A DNA stretch of 63,168 nucleotides, the filler included, from Chiloscyllium plagiosum (lineage: Eukaryota), in NCBI RefSeq assembly GCF_004010195.1. It is 5 parts of one record of this genome, joined end to end, with 100 filler letters (N's around TTAATTAATTAA, not from the genome) between each part and the next. Parts side by side here need not be neighbours in the genome. Positions count along the whole stretch, not along the records: positions 60,136 to 63,168 come from NC_057712.1; 4 more parts are not named here. One strand, written 5' to 3'. Both the position numbers and the translations under genes were made by a program. The notes beneath the pieces were generated by a model. That model saw nothing but the letters and a program-made list of their open reading frames with translations, searched no databases and was not told the DNA's origin. Shown here piece after piece: positions 60,136-63,168 of the stretch (within the stretch, counting starts at the first letter, position 1; each line of letters begins with the position of its first letter).

Positions 60136-63100
60136 CTCTCAGACTCACACTGCTGGCTCCCTCTCATGCTCACCCTTTACACTCACACTGCTGTCTCCCT
60201 GCTCCCTCTCAGACTCACCCTTTGCACTCACACTGCTGTCTCACTGCTCCCTCTCAGGCTCATCCTTTGCACTCACACTGCAGACTCCCCGCTCCATCTC
60301 AGAGTCACCCTTTGCACTCGCACTGCTGTCTCACTACTCCTTTTCAAGCTCAACCTGTCCCCTCACACTGCTGTCTCCCTGCTCCCGCTCTGGCACACAC
60401 TTTGCACTCACATTGCGGACTCCCTACTCCCTCTCAGGCTCACCCTTTGCACTCACGCCGTTGCCTCCCTGCTACCTCTCAGACTCAACCTTTGCACTCA
60501 CACTGCTGTCTCCATGCTCCCTCTCAGACTCACCTTTTGCACACACCCTGCTGACTCCCTACTCCCTCTCAGGCTCACCCTTTCCATTCACACTTCTGTC
60601 TCCCTGCTCCCACACAGACTCATCCTTTGCAATCATGCTCCCTCTCGGACTAAACCTTTGCATTCGCATTGCTGTCTCTCTGCTCCCTCTCGTACTCACC
60701 CTTTGCACTGACACTGCTGTCTCCCTGCTCACTCTCAGGCTCACCATTTGCACTCACACTGTTGTCTCCCTGATCCCTCTCAGACTCACCCTTTGCACTC
60801 ACACTGCTGTCTCCCTGCTCCCTCTCAGGCTCACCCTTTGCACTCACACTGCTGTCTCCGTTTTCCCTCTCAGACTCACCCTTTCCACTCACACTGCTGT
60901 CTCCCTGCTCCCTCTCAGACTCACCGTTTGCACTCACACTGCTGTCTCCCTGCTCCCTTACAGACTCACCCTTTGCACTCACACTGCTGTCTCCCTACTC
61001 CCTCTCAGAATCACCTTTTGCACTCACACTGCTGTCTCCTTGCTCCCACAGAGACTCACCCTTTGCACTCATGCTGCTGTCTCCCTGCTCCCTCTCAGGC
61101 TCACCCTTTCCATTCACACTGCTGTCTCCTTGCTCCCACAGAGACTCACCCTTAGCACTCACACTGCTGTCTCCCTGCTCCCTCTCAGGCTCACCCTTTG
61201 CACTCACACTGCTGTCTCCGTTTTCCCTCTCAGACTCACCCTTTGCACTCAAACTGCTGTCTCCCTGCTCCCTCTCAGAATCAACCTTTGCACTCACACT
61301 GCTGTCTCCCTGCTCTGTCTCAGGCAAACCCTTTCCATTCACACTGCTATCTCCCTGCTCCCACACAGACCCACCCTTTGCACTCGCACTGCTGTCTCCC
61401 TGCTCCCTCTCAGATTCACACTTAGCACTCACACTGCTGTCTCCCTGCTCCCTCTCAGACTCACCGTTTGCACTCACAATGCTGTCTCCCTGCTCCCTGT
61501 CAGGCTCACCCTTTGCACTCACGCTGCTGTCTCCGTGCTCCCCATTCACACTGCTGTCTCCTTGCTCCCACAGAGACTCACCCTTTGCACTCACACTGCT
61601 GTCTCCCTGCTCCCTCTCAGACTGATGCTTAGCACTCACACTGCTGTCTCCCTGCTCCCTCTCAGGCTCACCCTTTCCATTCACACTGCTGTCTCCTTGC
61701 TCCCACAGAGACTCACCCTTTGCACTCACACTGCTGTCTCCCTGCTCCCTCTCAGACTCACCGTTTGCACTCACACTGCTGTCTCCCTGCTCCCTGTCAG
61801 GCTCACCCTTTGCACTCACGCTGCTGTCTCCGTGCTCCCTCTCAGACTCACACTGCTGACTCCTTCTCATGCTCACCCTTTACACTCACACAGCTGTGTC
61901 CCTGCTCCCTCTCAAGCTCAACCTTTCGAACTCACACTGCTGTCTCCCTGCTCCCTCTCAGACTCACCCTTTGCACTCACACTGCTGTCTCCCTGATCCC
62001 TCTCAGACACACCCTTTGCACTCACACTGCTGTCTCCCTGATCCCTCTCGTACTCACCCATTGCACTCACATTGCTGTCTCCCTGCTCCCTCTCAGGCTC
62101 ATCATTTGCACTCACACTGCTGTCTCCCTGCTCCCGCTCTGGCACACCCTTTGCACTCACATTGCGGACTCCCTACTCCCTCTCAGGCTCACCCTTTGCA
62201 CTCACACCGTTGTCTCCCTGCTATCTCTCAGACTCACCCTTTGCACTCACACTGCTGTCTCCCTGCTCCCTCTCAGGCTCACCGTTTGCACTCACACTGC
62301 TGTCTCTCTGCTCCCTCTCGGACTCAACCTTTGCACTCACGCTGCTGTCTCCATGCTCCCTCTCAGGCTCACCTTTTGCACACACACTGCTGTCTCCGTG
62401 CTCCCTCTCAGACTCACACTGCTGACTCCTTCTCATGCTCACCCTTTACACTCACACTGCTGTCTCCCTGCTCCCTCTCAGGCTCACCATTTGCACTCAC
62501 ACAGCTGTCTCCCTGCTCCATCTCAGAATCACCTTTTGCACTCAAACTGCTGTCTCCCTGCTCCCTCTCAGGCTCACCCTTTGCACTCACACTGCTGTCT
62601 CACTGCTCCCTCTCGGACTCATCCTTTGCACTCACACTGCTGTCTCCATTTTCCCTCTCAGACTTACCCTTTCCACTCACACTGCTGTCTCCATGCTCCC
62701 TCTCAGACTCACCCTTTGCACTCACACTGCTGTCACCCTGCCACCTCTCAGGCTCACCCTTTCCATTCACACTGCTGTCTCCTTGCTCCCACAGAGACTC
62801 ACCCTTTGCACTCATGCTGCTGTCTCCCTGCTCCCTCTCAGGCTCAACCTTTCCACACACTGCTGTCTCCCTGCTCCCTCTCAGACTCACCCTTTGCACT
62901 CACACTGCTGACTCCCTGCTCTGTCTCAGGCAAATCCTTTCCATTCACACTGCTATCTCCCTGCTCCCAAACAGACCCACCCTTTGCACTCACACTGCTG
63001 TCTCCCTGCTCCCTCTCAGACTGATGCTTAGCACTCACACTGCTGTCTCCCTGCTCCCTCTCAGGCTCACCCTTTCCATTCACACTGCTGTCTCCTTGCT

Positions 63101-63168
63101 CCCACAGAGACTCACCCTTTGCACTCATGCTGCTGTCTCCCTGCTCCCTCTCAGGCTCACCCTTTCCA
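60136..63168. repeat. Pyrimidine-rich minisatellite, 45-bp unit (CTCACACTGCTGTCTCCCTGCTCCCTCTCAGACTCACCCTTTGCA)
   Basis: Period of 45 (CAG at 60781, 60826, 60871...). Runs off the window end. Confidence 0.97.

Noticed and set aside
60166..63128. 527-aa and 434-aa ORFs, including His/Cys-rich metallothionein- or keratin-associated-like frames
   Set aside because: Translations of the 45-bp minisatellite, with frames switching at indels and no unique N- or C-terminal domain.

Overview
Vertebrate, repeat-dominated window that is almost certainly from a shark or other elasmobranch (HE1-type SINEs plus HER1/CR1 LINEs). I cannot recognise any host protein-coding gene. The window is bracketed by two large minisatellite arrays, a GC-rich 31-bp unit at 1-8452 and a 45-bp unit at 60136-63168; these generate most of the long ORFs in the track, which are artefacts. 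The interior is layered with CR1 LINEs of several ages, HE1 SINEs, a Rex1/Babar LINE, a Gypsy gag relic, and many Penelope-like elements (PLEs, Neptune-type). The most notable signals are: (i) about 11 minimal hammerhead-ribozyme motifs in PLE termini with covarying stem II; (ii) PLE insertions, including tiny hairpin-only ones, with 15-20 bp target duplications that overlap the element 3' end by a microhomology; (iii) an internally deleted FLYWCH/MULE-type DNA transposon that truncates a HE1 SINE and resembles invertebrate elements; (iv) a chain of candidate minus-strand exons whose last donor site directly abuts the 8.4-kb satellite. Four synthetic N44-TTAATTAATTAA-N44 linkers show the window is stitched from five sequence blocks. 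Boundaries of degenerate repeats are approximate, read by eye.
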